This document shows, piece after piece, positions 51,784 through 61,123 of a stretch of 64,000 bases of DNA (position 1 is the first letter of the stretch; each line of letters starts with the position of its first letter). Under the pieces are notes generated by a model that saw only the letters and a program-made list of their open reading frames with translations, did not search any database and was not told the origin of the DNA. The translations under genes were made by a program, and so were the position numbers. Source of the stretch: an uncultured virus (IMG/VR IMGVR_UViG_3300012274_000057) (Duplodnaviria > Heunggongvirae > Uroviricota > Caudoviricetes); the IMG/VR virus record IMGVR_UViG_3300012274_000057, positions 1-64,000 of that record. One strand, 5' to 3'.

Positions 51784-53253
51784 CTACGAATTCGCTATAC
51801 CTGCTAACTGATGACGTGTAAAAAGGAGACCATCTGAAGGTGTTGGAACTTCCTCAATTTCTTTTTTACAATGAGGGCATGTTATTGCTGGAAGAACATA
51901 AGAAACTTCATCGTTGTTTTCTCCTATAGCTTCTATATATGCAGTAACTTGATAGAATTGGTCTGAACTAATTGATTGTAGTATCTTAGCATATTTAAGA
52001 ACTTTTTCTTTACATGTCTTAGCCATATTATTTGGGTAATTTTTAAGATCTATAGGTCTTAAAGTATTTGATGAATAATCTATAACATATATAGAATCTA
52101 TATAAGATATAATATTCAATAAATCACTATATTTAACTCTAAATTTTTCATCTAATATAGCATTTTCAAATATAATATTATATACAGAAGGCTCTCTAAA
52201 ACCAAATACAAATTCATTAGATATCTGGATGTTTTGTACTTCATAAAGTCTTGCTTGTGTGTTTGTATCTGAATTACAAAGTTTTGTTATAAACTCTTTG
52301 CTGGCTTCATCTTTATATTTAACCATTTCTTCTATATCAATATTATCTGACATAAATGATTGTTGGCAATGAGGACAATTATAAGGTATAAAATTAGAAT
52401 CTGCAAAACTTGATTTATATATACCAAAATATACATGCTGAAGGTCTGTAAATTTAAGTAGCTTAACCCATTCTTCCATAGTAGCTGGTTTATTATCATC
52501 TACGATATGATCGAATATTCTTTGATATATATCTTTGTATTGATTATATAAATTTCTAGATCTGCTTTCAGGATTTAATTTCTCTATTTCAAATCCTGAG
52601 AATTCTTTTATAGAAAATGCTCTTTGGGCAGATACTAAAACCCAATCAGCAATGTGTTCTTTTGGTGCCACTTTTAAAGCATTATTTAAAGTAATTGGTT
52701 TTGCTGCTATAGTAAAGGAAGATAAATCTATTTTATTAGTAATAGGAGTTATTTTTTCCTTGATTGCTGTTTTTATTTCTTTTAATTGTGCTTCAGCCTT
52801 TTCTTGTTCATCTTCTATCTCTAATTCATCATCTTCATTTAATACTTCATCAAAGTCATCTTCATCTATTATTAATTTTTTATTTACAATTGTTTTTACT
52901 GGTTCTTGTTCAACTTGAACTTCTTCAATGATATCATTTTCTTTAGATAATTCATTTTCTATTTCAGAATCTATATCATCTGAATCTGCTTCCAGTTCTC
53001 TTTCAATTTCTTCCTGTTCAATCTTAGCCTCTACTTCTTCGACATAATCTATAGATTCTTGTGCTATTCTATCAATAGCAGAATCTACTTTATTAAATAT
53101 ATCTTGTTTTTGTGATGCGGTTATATCCTCTTTAACTGTATAAGGTGCTATCTCTTCTATAGATGCCCCTTTTAAAGATGATAAACTTGTTGTTTGCTGA
53201 TTTACTTCAGTATTGTTTGTTTGTTTTAATGATTCGATTGAAAAATTTTCCAT
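51784..53253 (-). CDS. Baseplate hub assembly protein (T4 gp26-like) with acidic N-terminal extension
   Basis: L..TDL.......YKSS...YNCPHC, FREPS and ITCPHCKKEIE motifs. Confidence 0.6.
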   Translation of the reverse strand: MENFSIESLKQTNNTEVNQQTTSLSSLKGASIEEIAPYTVKEDITASQKQDIFNKVDSAIDRIAQESIDYVEEVEAKIEQEEIERELEADSDDIDSEIENELSKENDIIEEVQVEQEPVKTIVNKKLIIDEDDFDEVLNEDDELEIEDEQEKAEAQLKEIKTAIKEKITPITNKIDLSSFTIAAKPITLNNALKVAPKEHIADWVLVSAQRAFSIKEFSGFEIEKLNPESRSRNLYNQYKDIYQRIFDHIVDDNKPATMEEWVKLLKFTDLQHVYFGIYKSSFADSNFIPYNCPHCQQSFMSDNIDIEEMVKYKDEASKEFITKLCNSDTNTQARLYEVQNIQISNEFVFGFREPSVYNIIFENAILDEKFRVKYSDLLNIISYIDSIYVIDYSSNTLRPIDLKNYPNNMAKTCKEKVLKYAKILQSISSDQFYQVTAYIEAIGENNDEVSYVLPAITCPHCKKEIEEVPTPSDGLLFTRHQLAGIANS

Positions 53254-53275
53254 AAATTAATTCCTCCTTAATAAT

Positions 53276-53644
53276 TTATAATTCTACTAATTTTATTGAA
53301 TTGTTTGGACTATCAGTAGTAAATGAATATAGAGTTCCGTCTATAGTTATATCTATTAATAGTTCCTTATTGAAATCGTTTGAAGTAACCTGAACTTCAA
53401 CTGCTTGAAATTTAGGCAAATAAGTGTTTATTTGTGTTTCTATTTCTTTAGTTAAGTTTGGTATTTCGTCTATACTACTATACCTCCATCTTGTTACTAT
53501 ACCTATTCCCATAGTCGGTCTTGATTGTATAGTACCTGGTGTCAATAATAATAATCTTATTAAGAGTATGCATATCGCATCTTTCCCTTTTAATTGTTTT
53601 GGTTGTTCAAATTCATCCACTGAATAAAGAGATTCTTTAATAAT
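53276..53644 (-). CDS. Baseplate wedge protein, gp25/GPW-like
   Basis: LLLLTPG....RP.MG.G...I.TYLP pattern; SD position points to an ATT start at 53644 or 53641. Confidence 0.65.
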   Translation of the reverse strand: MIKESLYSVDEFEQPKQLKGKDAICILLIRLLLLTPGTIQSRPTMGIGIVTRWRYSSIDEIPNLTKEIETQINTYLPKFQAVEVQVTSNDFNKELLIDITIDGTLYSFTTDSPNNSIKLVEL

Positions 53645-53771
53645 AATAACTCCTCCTCTCTTTCTATCTTATTAATAAGTTTATTTGGTATAAATATACA
53701 TACTATTTTCTATGTTCCTATGTGATATTTTTTTGTAAAAGTTTATATTTATAGTTGTATATTATAATAGT

Positions 53772-53826
53772 GTATATAAAGTTGTAAGTCATCTTTTTAT
53801 ATTAAAAATATTTTTTAAAACTTACA
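53772..53826 (+). promoter_or_regulatory. Pseudoknot-like 5' leader, copy 3
   Basis: tatataaag-tTGTAAGTcat-ctttttata...aaACTTACA. Confidence 0.6.
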
Positions 53827-53840
53827 GAAGGAGTATTAAA

Positions 53841-54278
53841 ATGGAAAATAATTTAATAAAATCAGTAGAAAACAATTATGCACAAAAAACATCAAAGGTT
53901 CAGGAAATAATCTATTCAAATTTAATTAGAGTATTAGAGGATGATGAAAAATTATCTCAAATTATAGATGATATCGAAATAGCAAAAATAGATAGCTTGG
54001 ATGAATTTGAAATTGATATATTGCAATTTTTAGATAGCTATGTAAATCCCAAAACAGCGAATTATGATATATTGATTAAGTATACAGAGAGGGGACACAT
54101 TATGAAAGATAACTATGATCCTATATTAAAACAAATGATTAAAGATATAAGAGAAGTAGATAAAAGAGCAGATAAGCTGTTTAGTATGATTATTAGTCTT
54201 ACTGGACAATTAGATATTGTGCCTACAATAGAAAATTTTTGTAGATTCATATGTAGGTCCAGAAGATGCAGATTATAA
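53841..54278 (+). CDS. Hypothetical early protein with pseudoknot leader
   Basis: 145 aa, early promoter at 53755, SD aaggag. Confidence 0.7.
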   Translation: MENNLIKSVENNYAQKTSKVQEIIYSNLIRVLEDDEKLSQIIDDIEIAKIDSLDEFEIDILQFLDSYVNPKTANYDILIKYTERGHIMKDNYDPILKQMIKDIREVDKRADKLFSMIISLTGQLDIVPTIENFCRFICRSRRCRL

Positions 54279-54438
54279 TTCTCTAAAGAAATATATTGTA
54301 TCAATACAAGGAATATAAATTACAGCATAAATTGATTAGACTCCTTGGGGAGGGAGTCTAATTCTATTTCGTATATTCATAAAATCTGATGATGTAAAGT
54401 GTGTTATCGAATTATGATGAATAAAAGGGGTTATATTA

Positions 54439-54762
54439 ATGAAGATCGGAAATGAAACTAAGAACTATGAGAGTATACTAAACATTGCAAAGAAAAATAG
54501 AATAGCAATCGATATGCATGACGATAACAAAAGAATTAAAATTAAAGGAATTGCCCTACTTAAAAATGGTGGAACAGTTGCTTTAATCGATAGTAAATTA
54601 TATTGTTTAAATGCATTGTATATGAGTAGAGATAGAAAGAAATTATTGTTATCAACATTAACTATAGGAGATATGATGCTTGATAATGATATTGATTCAT
54701 ATAACTACAGACTAGGTCAAGGTTTCAATGGCAGCAAGATAGACAGATTTGAATGGTTGTAA
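54439..54762 (+). CDS. Hypothetical protein
   Basis: 107 aa, SD agggg. Confidence 0.65.
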   Translation: MKIGNETKNYESILNIAKKNRIAIDMHDDNKRIKIKGIALLKNGGTVALIDSKLYCLNALYMSRDRKKLLLSTLTIGDMMLDNDIDSYNYRLGQGFNGSKIDRFEWL

Positions 54763-54835
54763 AGAATAAACTAGCTAAGCTAGTTTATTTTTTGTATCAT
54801 TTCCAACATTATATTAATTAAAGGAGGTAATTATA

Positions 54836-56344
54836 ATGGGAATATTTACTACATCAAAAAAAGTACAGCCATTAAAAATAGAAGTTTTTAGAGAATCTTA
54901 TATTATAAATGAATCTACTAATACTAAAAATAAATCAGAAAGGAAAGTTAAATGCCCTTTCTGTAATTTAAAAGATACTAAAGAAAATATAGTTCATCAT
55001 GTTGCAGAAGAACATGAGGATATGATACCTCAAGATTATACTGCAGCTAGAGTTGTTTTTAATTATTTAAATAAGAAAGAATTTGGTAGATGTATAGAAT
55101 GCAGAAGAGAAACTAAATGGAATGAAGAAAATTGGAGATATGAAAGACTTTGTGAAAGAAAAACATGTTATGATTCATATGTAGCTAAAGTTAAAGGAAG
55201 AATGGTAAAGAAATATGGTAAAGAACATCTTTTAGATGATATGGAACAGCAAAAGAAAATGTTAGACAATAGAAGCATATCAGGTAGTTATAAATTTAAA
55301 GATGGAGGAATTAGAACATATGTAGGAACTTATGAAAAGAAATTATTGGAGTTTTATGATAAAGTTTTAAATGTTTCTTCGACTGATATTTTAACTCCTG
55401 GTCCTAATATTGAATACGAGTTCAATGGTAAAAAACATGTTTGGATTACCGATCTTTATTACATCCCTTTGAATTTAGTTCATGATGTAAAAGATGGTGG
55501 AGATAATCCCAATAATAGGGATATGGGTGATTATAGAGCTAAACAAATAGCTAAAGAAACAGCTATAACAGAATTAAATAAATTTAACTATATAAGATTA
55601 ACTAATAATAATTTTGAGCAATTATTATTTATAATAGCAGAAATAAAATCACAATTAATGGATTCCGAATCTAATGAATACACTGTCCATATAAATGAAA
55701 TGTCCGCAACAGGAGGAGTAATGGCTCCAGCTAATGCTAATGATGGATATGTAATACCCTGTATGATTAATAATGGATTTATAGGATATGCTTTTTCCAC
55801 TGATAAATATCTTGATAATACATTTATGGTTAAAGATAATAAAATTAAAAAGATAACACCAGAAGAAATGAAAGACTATAAAATTACTTTATATAAATAC
55901 AATAGAGAAGATGCAATTGAAAAAATAGATTCTATAATAAATGATTATAAAACACAATCAGTAATAGAAAATACAGATAATTATTTTTATAATAAGTTTA
56001 CTGGAAGAGATCTATTATCTATAGATCAATTATCATTTGATGAAAACTTTGAAGAAGTAATAGACGGATTTACAGAATCTATAGAAAAACAGAATATAAT
56101 AGAAGAAAGTTTAAAATATAAATATGATAGACTTAGAGGTTTTATAGATTATAGTATTCCTGTGATAGGAGTTAAAGAAAATAATATAAAAGAATCTATA
56201 ATTAAAAACTTTAAAAATATAGATGTGTTGCAAGATTATAATGGTTATCATGTGAAAAATATTTATACAGAGTCTAGAAGTAGGAATTATGATAATATAA
56301 CCGATATTCCTAAATATATATTAGAGTTAGTAAATGAAAACTAG
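54836..56344 (+). CDS. Zn-finger plus PD-(D/E)xK nuclease (TnsA / T4 gp4 head-completion-like)
   Basis: CPFC...H....H and C..C Zn motifs; Y.GTYEKK...IEY....H.WITDLY...DVK nuclease pattern; late promoter at 54805. Confidence 0.6.
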   Translation: MGIFTTSKKVQPLKIEVFRESYIINESTNTKNKSERKVKCPFCNLKDTKENIVHHVAEEHEDMIPQDYTAARVVFNYLNKKEFGRCIECRRETKWNEENWRYERLCERKTCYDSYVAKVKGRMVKKYGKEHLLDDMEQQKKMLDNRSISGSYKFKDGGIRTYVGTYEKKLLEFYDKVLNVSSTDILTPGPNIEYEFNGKKHVWITDLYYIPLNLVHDVKDGGDNPNNRDMGDYRAKQIAKETAITELNKFNYIRLTNNNFEQLLFIIAEIKSQLMDSESNEYTVHINEMSATGGVMAPANANDGYVIPCMINNGFIGYAFSTDKYLDNTFMVKDNKIKKITPEEMKDYKITLYKYNREDAIEKIDSIINDYKTQSVIENTDNYFYNKFTGRDLLSIDQLSFDENFEEVIDGFTESIEKQNIIEESLKYKYDRLRGFIDYSIPVIGVKENNIKESIIKNFKNIDVLQDYNGYHVKNIYTESRSRNYDNITDIPKYILELVNEN

Positions 56345-56448
56345 AGATTCATTCTCTAGTTTTTTCTCTATGTAAAAATTAGAATATATAATTATATATT
56401 ATATATAGGAATAGTTGATAGTAATCTATTGCAAGTATAAAATTTAGT

Positions 56449-56605
56449 TAAGATATTAATTATACCATAAAAAAGTTTATCTCCCTCGTATATCGTGCAT
56501 AAAAAATATATTGTAGATTGAACTTATTTGGAATATCGTGATATCTACTAGGTATAGTTAATTTATCTTATTGAAGGGAGACCAAGGAATCTCCCTTCAT
56601 TTATA
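56449..56605 (+). ncRNA. Candidate small RNA unit 1
   Basis: taagatattaattatacc (56449-56466) pairs with ggtatagttaatttatctta (56551-56570), followed by hairpin 56572-56599; early promoter at 56392. Confidence 0.6.
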
Positions 56606-56618
56606 TTTTTAATTAGCC

Positions 56619-56747
56619 AAGATATTAATTATATTTCTATACTACCCCGATAAGCCTATGCCTCTTATAAACACCGTTCATAATATCTGTATAGAGATTA
56701 ATAATTAATTTATCTTATAAGAGAGGTGTCTCCTCTCTTTATTTTTT
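56619..56747 (+). ncRNA. Candidate small RNA unit 2
   Basis: aagatattaattat (56619-56632) pairs with ataattaatttatctt (56701-56716), followed by terminator 56719-56747. Confidence 0.6.
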
Positions 56748-56831
56748 ATATAAATACATTTTAAAATTATTTTTAACTATATATTATAGATATGTATAAC
56801 AATAAAAATAATTTTTAAGGAGAGATTAATT

Positions 56832-57203
56832 ATGGAAAACAAACAATTAAATTTAAAAGAGGTATTACAATTAAAGGAGGTTCAAGATGGAATAAACTTT
56901 AATATCTTTAACAATCAAAATACAACTGATACGTCTGAAGACGTATTTAGTACATTATTAGAAGGTATATTATTATCTGAGGAAGATAATAATATAAATA
57001 TAGATGCTACAATAGATGGTAAAGAGGTTATACTTGAAAATTCATTGTATGAAAAGAAAATATATCTATTAGAAACTAGAGCCTTTGATAAGGAATCAGA
57101 ACAAATGGTAGGTTGTTATTTACAAACTATCGAACCTGATGGAAGTATTATGCCTAATCCAGATGATGATGTATGGGGTAATACAGAATGGAAATTAGTA
57201 TAA
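56832..57203 (+). CDS. Hypothetical acidic early protein
   Basis: 123 aa, early promoter at 56777, SD aaggag. Confidence 0.7.
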   Translation: MENKQLNLKEVLQLKEVQDGINFNIFNNQNTTDTSEDVFSTLLEGILLSEEDNNINIDATIDGKEVILENSLYEKKIYLLETRAFDKESEQMVGCYLQTIEPDGSIMPNPDDDVWGNTEWKLV

Positions 57204-57297
57204 AATAAAATAACAAATAAGGCTCTTAATCGAGCCTTATTTATTTTTTGTCTTAAATATACGAAACATAATATTAATACGTAAAGGAGATGATAAA

Positions 57298-59721
57298 ATG
57301 TCTATTTATTATAATAAATATATAAAAGAAAATAATAATTCGTTGCCTATTGATGATAAAACAGAAGAGCATATAGAAGATTATGAATCTTCTAGTGGAA
57401 ATGTGATTATAAGAGAACCAAAAGATCTTGAGGATTTGGAAAAACAATATAACGATTATCAATCAATACCTGTAGATCAACAACGAATGAGCGATGATAA
57501 AAGTATACAACTATTTGGAATGACAAATATAGACCATTATGAAAAACTTAGATCAAAATTTTTATCTAATTTAAAAGAAGGTTTAGATGATCATTTTGAT
57601 ATAGAATTTGAGGAAGACGACTCTCAGGAACATAGAATAGAAGATGAAACAGATATTGATAAAGCAAAAGATTGGTGTCAACAAACTATGCTATACCTTA
57701 TAATTCCTACAAAAAATCCCGATGAGCTAGATGAATATTGGAGTCATTGGAACTCTATGACTGTAGATCAAAAAAGAATGAGTGATACTAAAGCTATTGA
57801 ACTTTTCAATATGACCAATGAAGATATATACAATAAATATAGTAATTTAATTAATCATAAAGAAATAAATGGTAGAGAGGAAATAAAATTAATAAATGTA
57901 TCTGAAAATATTAATAATATAATAGAAACAATAAAATATAATATAGTTCATGAAGATAGAAGAACTGTACTAGGAAATATAATAAAGTTAATATCTGAAG
58001 AAACTAATAATATAATAGAGGACACATTAGTTACCAATGTTATTGACAATACTATAGAGTTTATGCATAATGATGTATGTAGAATATTTGATACCGTTGA
58101 GGATTTACCTTATTTTTCACCAATAGAGATGGAAGATAAAGGTGTATTTATAGGTAATACCTATTATAATATTGATGCCGATAATGGTTATATAGATGAA
58201 GAGAAAAAAATAAAAACTTCTGTTTGGTTTGAGAATTATAAAGCTATATTTAATGGCTATATTACTCAAGACAGAACTGAATATACTAAATTATGGACTA
58301 ATAAATTATATGAATTATATTCAGATTATAATTCTATAAAAGAGTCTGGAAATATAAATATAATAAATGCAAGAAAACAATCTATATTAGAATTGGGCTG
58401 GAATCCTGAATTACCATTTACACCCATTATTAGACATAAAGTTACTCAAAATATGAAAGATAAAATAAGAGCTAAATATGAGAATGTGAAGTTTACAGAC
58501 TTATCTGCTTTTGTAGAATCTGCTAGTAACGAGCAATTATCAAATACTTCTGAATCTACAGATAATAAATTTCCAGTTTACGTTGTGTTATCTTATACTG
58601 GTACCACATTTGGTAAAGTAGTAAGAAAATTTACAGATGCTATATATACCCATGCCGCTATAAGTTTAGATAGTAAAATGAATAGACTATACAGTTACAA
58701 TATTGCCCAACATGGATTTTCATTAGAAAATATAAGTAAATACAATAATAGTAAAGATAATGTAATTTCAATATACACATTTTTCCTAAATAAAAAGAGC
58801 TATCAAAAACTTAAGATGAAATTAGATTATTTTATATCCAATAAAGAAAATACTAAATACAGTTTCATTAATTTATTGGGAGCTTTAATAAATAAACCTA
58901 TTAAATTGGTAGATGAAATGATATGCTCTCAGTTTGTAGATTCTTTAATGAAATATGTAAATCTAGATATAACTCATAAGGATAGCTCTCTAGTAAAACC
59001 TCAAGATTTTGCTAATATAACAGATAGTAGATTTATTAAATTATATGAAGGACCCATAAAAGATTATGATTCTTTAAAAGTATCTAATACAATAAAGTCC
59101 CTATTGGGTAATATAGTTGTAAGAGAGAATGTAGAAATTATAAATGAGGCTCAATATATAAAGTGCATAAATGATAATATATCTAATCTTGGGATGCTAT
59201 CATACTTAAATGAACATTCGGACATCCTTAGTGGAAATAGTAAAAGAGTATATGATGCTTTCTTAAAGCCATTATTTGAAACTTATATATGTGAAACAAA
59301 AGAATTTCCTATACAATTTGATAAAGAGGGTAACTTATTAATAAAAAATATGAAGAAGATAGATTTTGAAAGTGAATATTCACAGTCACATAAGTTATTA
59401 TTAGTATATGAAAAGAATTCTAATATAGAAGGGATGAAATATGAATTATCTAAATTATGGTTTTTGAATGTATTATTAGAAAAGAAAATTTATGATAAAA
59501 ATAATCAAAAAGATAAAGACGATATTCATAAAGTAAGAGCTAGAATATTAAACGATTTTAATAAGTATTTAAAGATAGTAACTAAAGATGATAAAGAGTT
59601 TAATTTTACCCAGTATTATGAATCTACCCCGTTTAGTGATGCTACGATTAAAATAGATAATCATACATTAAAATATGGAGGAAAATTTATTAAGCATATA
59701 GCAACTAAATTAATAATGTAG
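57298..59721 (+). CDS. Virion protein with a permuted papain-like (NlpC/P60, YiiX-like) domain
   Basis: YTHAAISLD precedes ICSQFV (His-before-Cys order); N-terminal duplicated Q.RMSD.K.I.LF.MTN; late promoter at 57265. Confidence 0.7.
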   Translation: MSIYYNKYIKENNNSLPIDDKTEEHIEDYESSSGNVIIREPKDLEDLEKQYNDYQSIPVDQQRMSDDKSIQLFGMTNIDHYEKLRSKFLSNLKEGLDDHFDIEFEEDDSQEHRIEDETDIDKAKDWCQQTMLYLIIPTKNPDELDEYWSHWNSMTVDQKRMSDTKAIELFNMTNEDIYNKYSNLINHKEINGREEIKLINVSENINNIIETIKYNIVHEDRRTVLGNIIKLISEETNNIIEDTLVTNVIDNTIEFMHNDVCRIFDTVEDLPYFSPIEMEDKGVFIGNTYYNIDADNGYIDEEKKIKTSVWFENYKAIFNGYITQDRTEYTKLWTNKLYELYSDYNSIKESGNINIINARKQSILELGWNPELPFTPIIRHKVTQNMKDKIRAKYENVKFTDLSAFVESASNEQLSNTSESTDNKFPVYVVLSYTGTTFGKVVRKFTDAIYTHAAISLDSKMNRLYSYNIAQHGFSLENISKYNNSKDNVISIYTFFLNKKSYQKLKMKLDYFISNKENTKYSFINLLGALINKPIKLVDEMICSQFVDSLMKYVNLDITHKDSSLVKPQDFANITDSRFIKLYEGPIKDYDSLKVSNTIKSLLGNIVVRENVEIINEAQYIKCINDNISNLGMLSYLNEHSDILSGNSKRVYDAFLKPLFETYICETKEFPIQFDKEGNLLIKNMKKIDFESEYSQSHKLLLVYEKNSNIEGMKYELSKLWFLNVLLEKKIYDKNNQKDKDDIHKVRARILNDFNKYLKIVTKDDKEFNFTQYYESTPFSDATIKIDNHTLKYGGKFIKHIATKLIM

Positions 59722-59794
59722 TGGAGTTCCACTACATTATTTTTTATAATTATATATTATACATATGAATAAATTTTTAAGGAGGGATTAAATT

Positions 59795-59986
59795 ATGTGT
59801 ACTATAAAGGATATAGACGATAAAGATATATGCATTAATTTTGGCTGTGTAGATGAAGATTGCAGAAAATGTGATTTAATGTGTAATCCTCAATGCGTCA
59901 ACTATGAAAGTAATAATACAAGACAAGAAATATTAAATGAAGAAAAATATAATATAGGGGGAGAAAATTATGTTATTAGAGCGTAA
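59795..59986 (+). CDS. Small Cys-rich early protein
   Basis: 63 aa with 7 Cys, SD aggagg, early promoter at 59750. Confidence 0.6.
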   Translation: MCTIKDIDDKDICINFGCVDEDCRKCDLMCNPQCVNYESNNTRQEILNEEKYNIGGENYVIRA

Positions 59987-60530
59987 GGACAACAAAGAAA
60001 GTACCGATTTATCTTCATATATAGATTCTATTCCTAATAACGAAATTAGAAATAATATAATAGAAACCAATTATGTGGAGCAACCAGATATGAGTAATAA
60101 TGATGGATTTTGTTTATTAACTCTTGAACCTACATCAAATTGTATAACAGATAATTGTAGCGATTGTAATATATTTCAAGATTATAATCAATCTAGAGTG
60201 TTGAAATTTGAACAATTAAACAAATCAGGACTGATTTCATTTATAGAAGAGTATGATAGTTATGTACAGAAAATAATAGATGAAAATGAATTTATAGTTA
60301 AAGAGCAACTTATGCGTACATCAGAATTTCTCAATAATGATTTTAAAGAAATAGAAGATATTGGTTGGTGTATACAAGAATATGATTATAGTCAACAAGC
60401 AGATAAAATTATAGAATCAGTAAAATCTAATATCATAATTCATGATGAAGAAATTTCATATAATGAATTAGAATTGAGGGATACCATATGTGAAATACTT
60501 ATGTATAATGATGGCTACATTGAAACTTAA
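59970..60530 (+). CDS. Hypothetical acidic protein
   Basis: 186 aa, SD gggggag. Confidence 0.7.
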   Translation: MLLERKDNKESTDLSSYIDSIPNNEIRNNIIETNYVEQPDMSNNDGFCLLTLEPTSNCITDNCSDCNIFQDYNQSRVLKFEQLNKSGLISFIEEYDSYVQKIIDENEFIVKEQLMRTSEFLNNDFKEIEDIGWCIQEYDYSQQADKIIESVKSNIIIHDEEISYNELELRDTICEILMYNDGYIET

Positions 60531-60568
60531 AAATAATATATCATATAACTTATTAAGGAGAGATTGAA

Positions 60569-60991
60569 ATGAACTTTGAAATTATACAAGGTCAAAATAG
60601 TATAGAAACGAAGACTGAATCATTAAACATGTTAAAGCAAATAGTAAATTTATATATCGATATGCATATAGAGAGTTATAATGATTATTCTTGGTTAGCA
60701 GAAGCTCCTAAATGCATCCAAAAACATAAGATACAATATAGTAATGATATAAGAAAAAAGATGAATAAAGAAATAATTACAACTCTATATACAAAGTATC
60801 CTAATACCAATTTTATAATTAAGAATAATATTGATAAAGGAGGCTTTTTCAATATCTTATATGATAATAAAGCTCTTCAATATGATGAAGATTTCTTTAG
60901 TTTTGCATATAATATATGCTTCAAAAAATTAAGGGGAAAAGAGAGAGATAATTTATCTATTATTTATGATTATTTAGGTGAAATACGATGA
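60569..60991 (+). CDS. Hypothetical protein
   Basis: 140 aa, SD aaggag. Confidence 0.7.
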   Translation: MNFEIIQGQNSIETKTESLNMLKQIVNLYIDMHIESYNDYSWLAEAPKCIQKHKIQYSNDIRKKMNKEIITTLYTKYPNTNFIIKNNIDKGGFFNILYDNKALQYDEDFFSFAYNICFKKLRGKERDNLSIIYDYLGEIR

Positions 60992-61123
60992 TAAACAAAA
61001 GATAATAAATCTATAAAAACTATATATTAGAAGAATGATAAAAACATTTATAATTATATATTATTATTGGAATAGGAGTATAGAATATGCTCTTTATAAT
61101 TTATTTTAAAGGAGAGATTAATT

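Noticed and set aside
54836..56344. Mobile homing endonuclease or transposase
   Set aside because: Has its own late promoter and terminator with no flanking repeats or interrupted gene; more consistent with a core nuclease
56449..56716. Retron msr-msd or TIGR/CRISPR identity for the tandem RNA units
   Set aside because: No RT, Tas or Cas gene recognisable nearby, only two units, and no box C/D motifs seen; kept as an unclassified candidate
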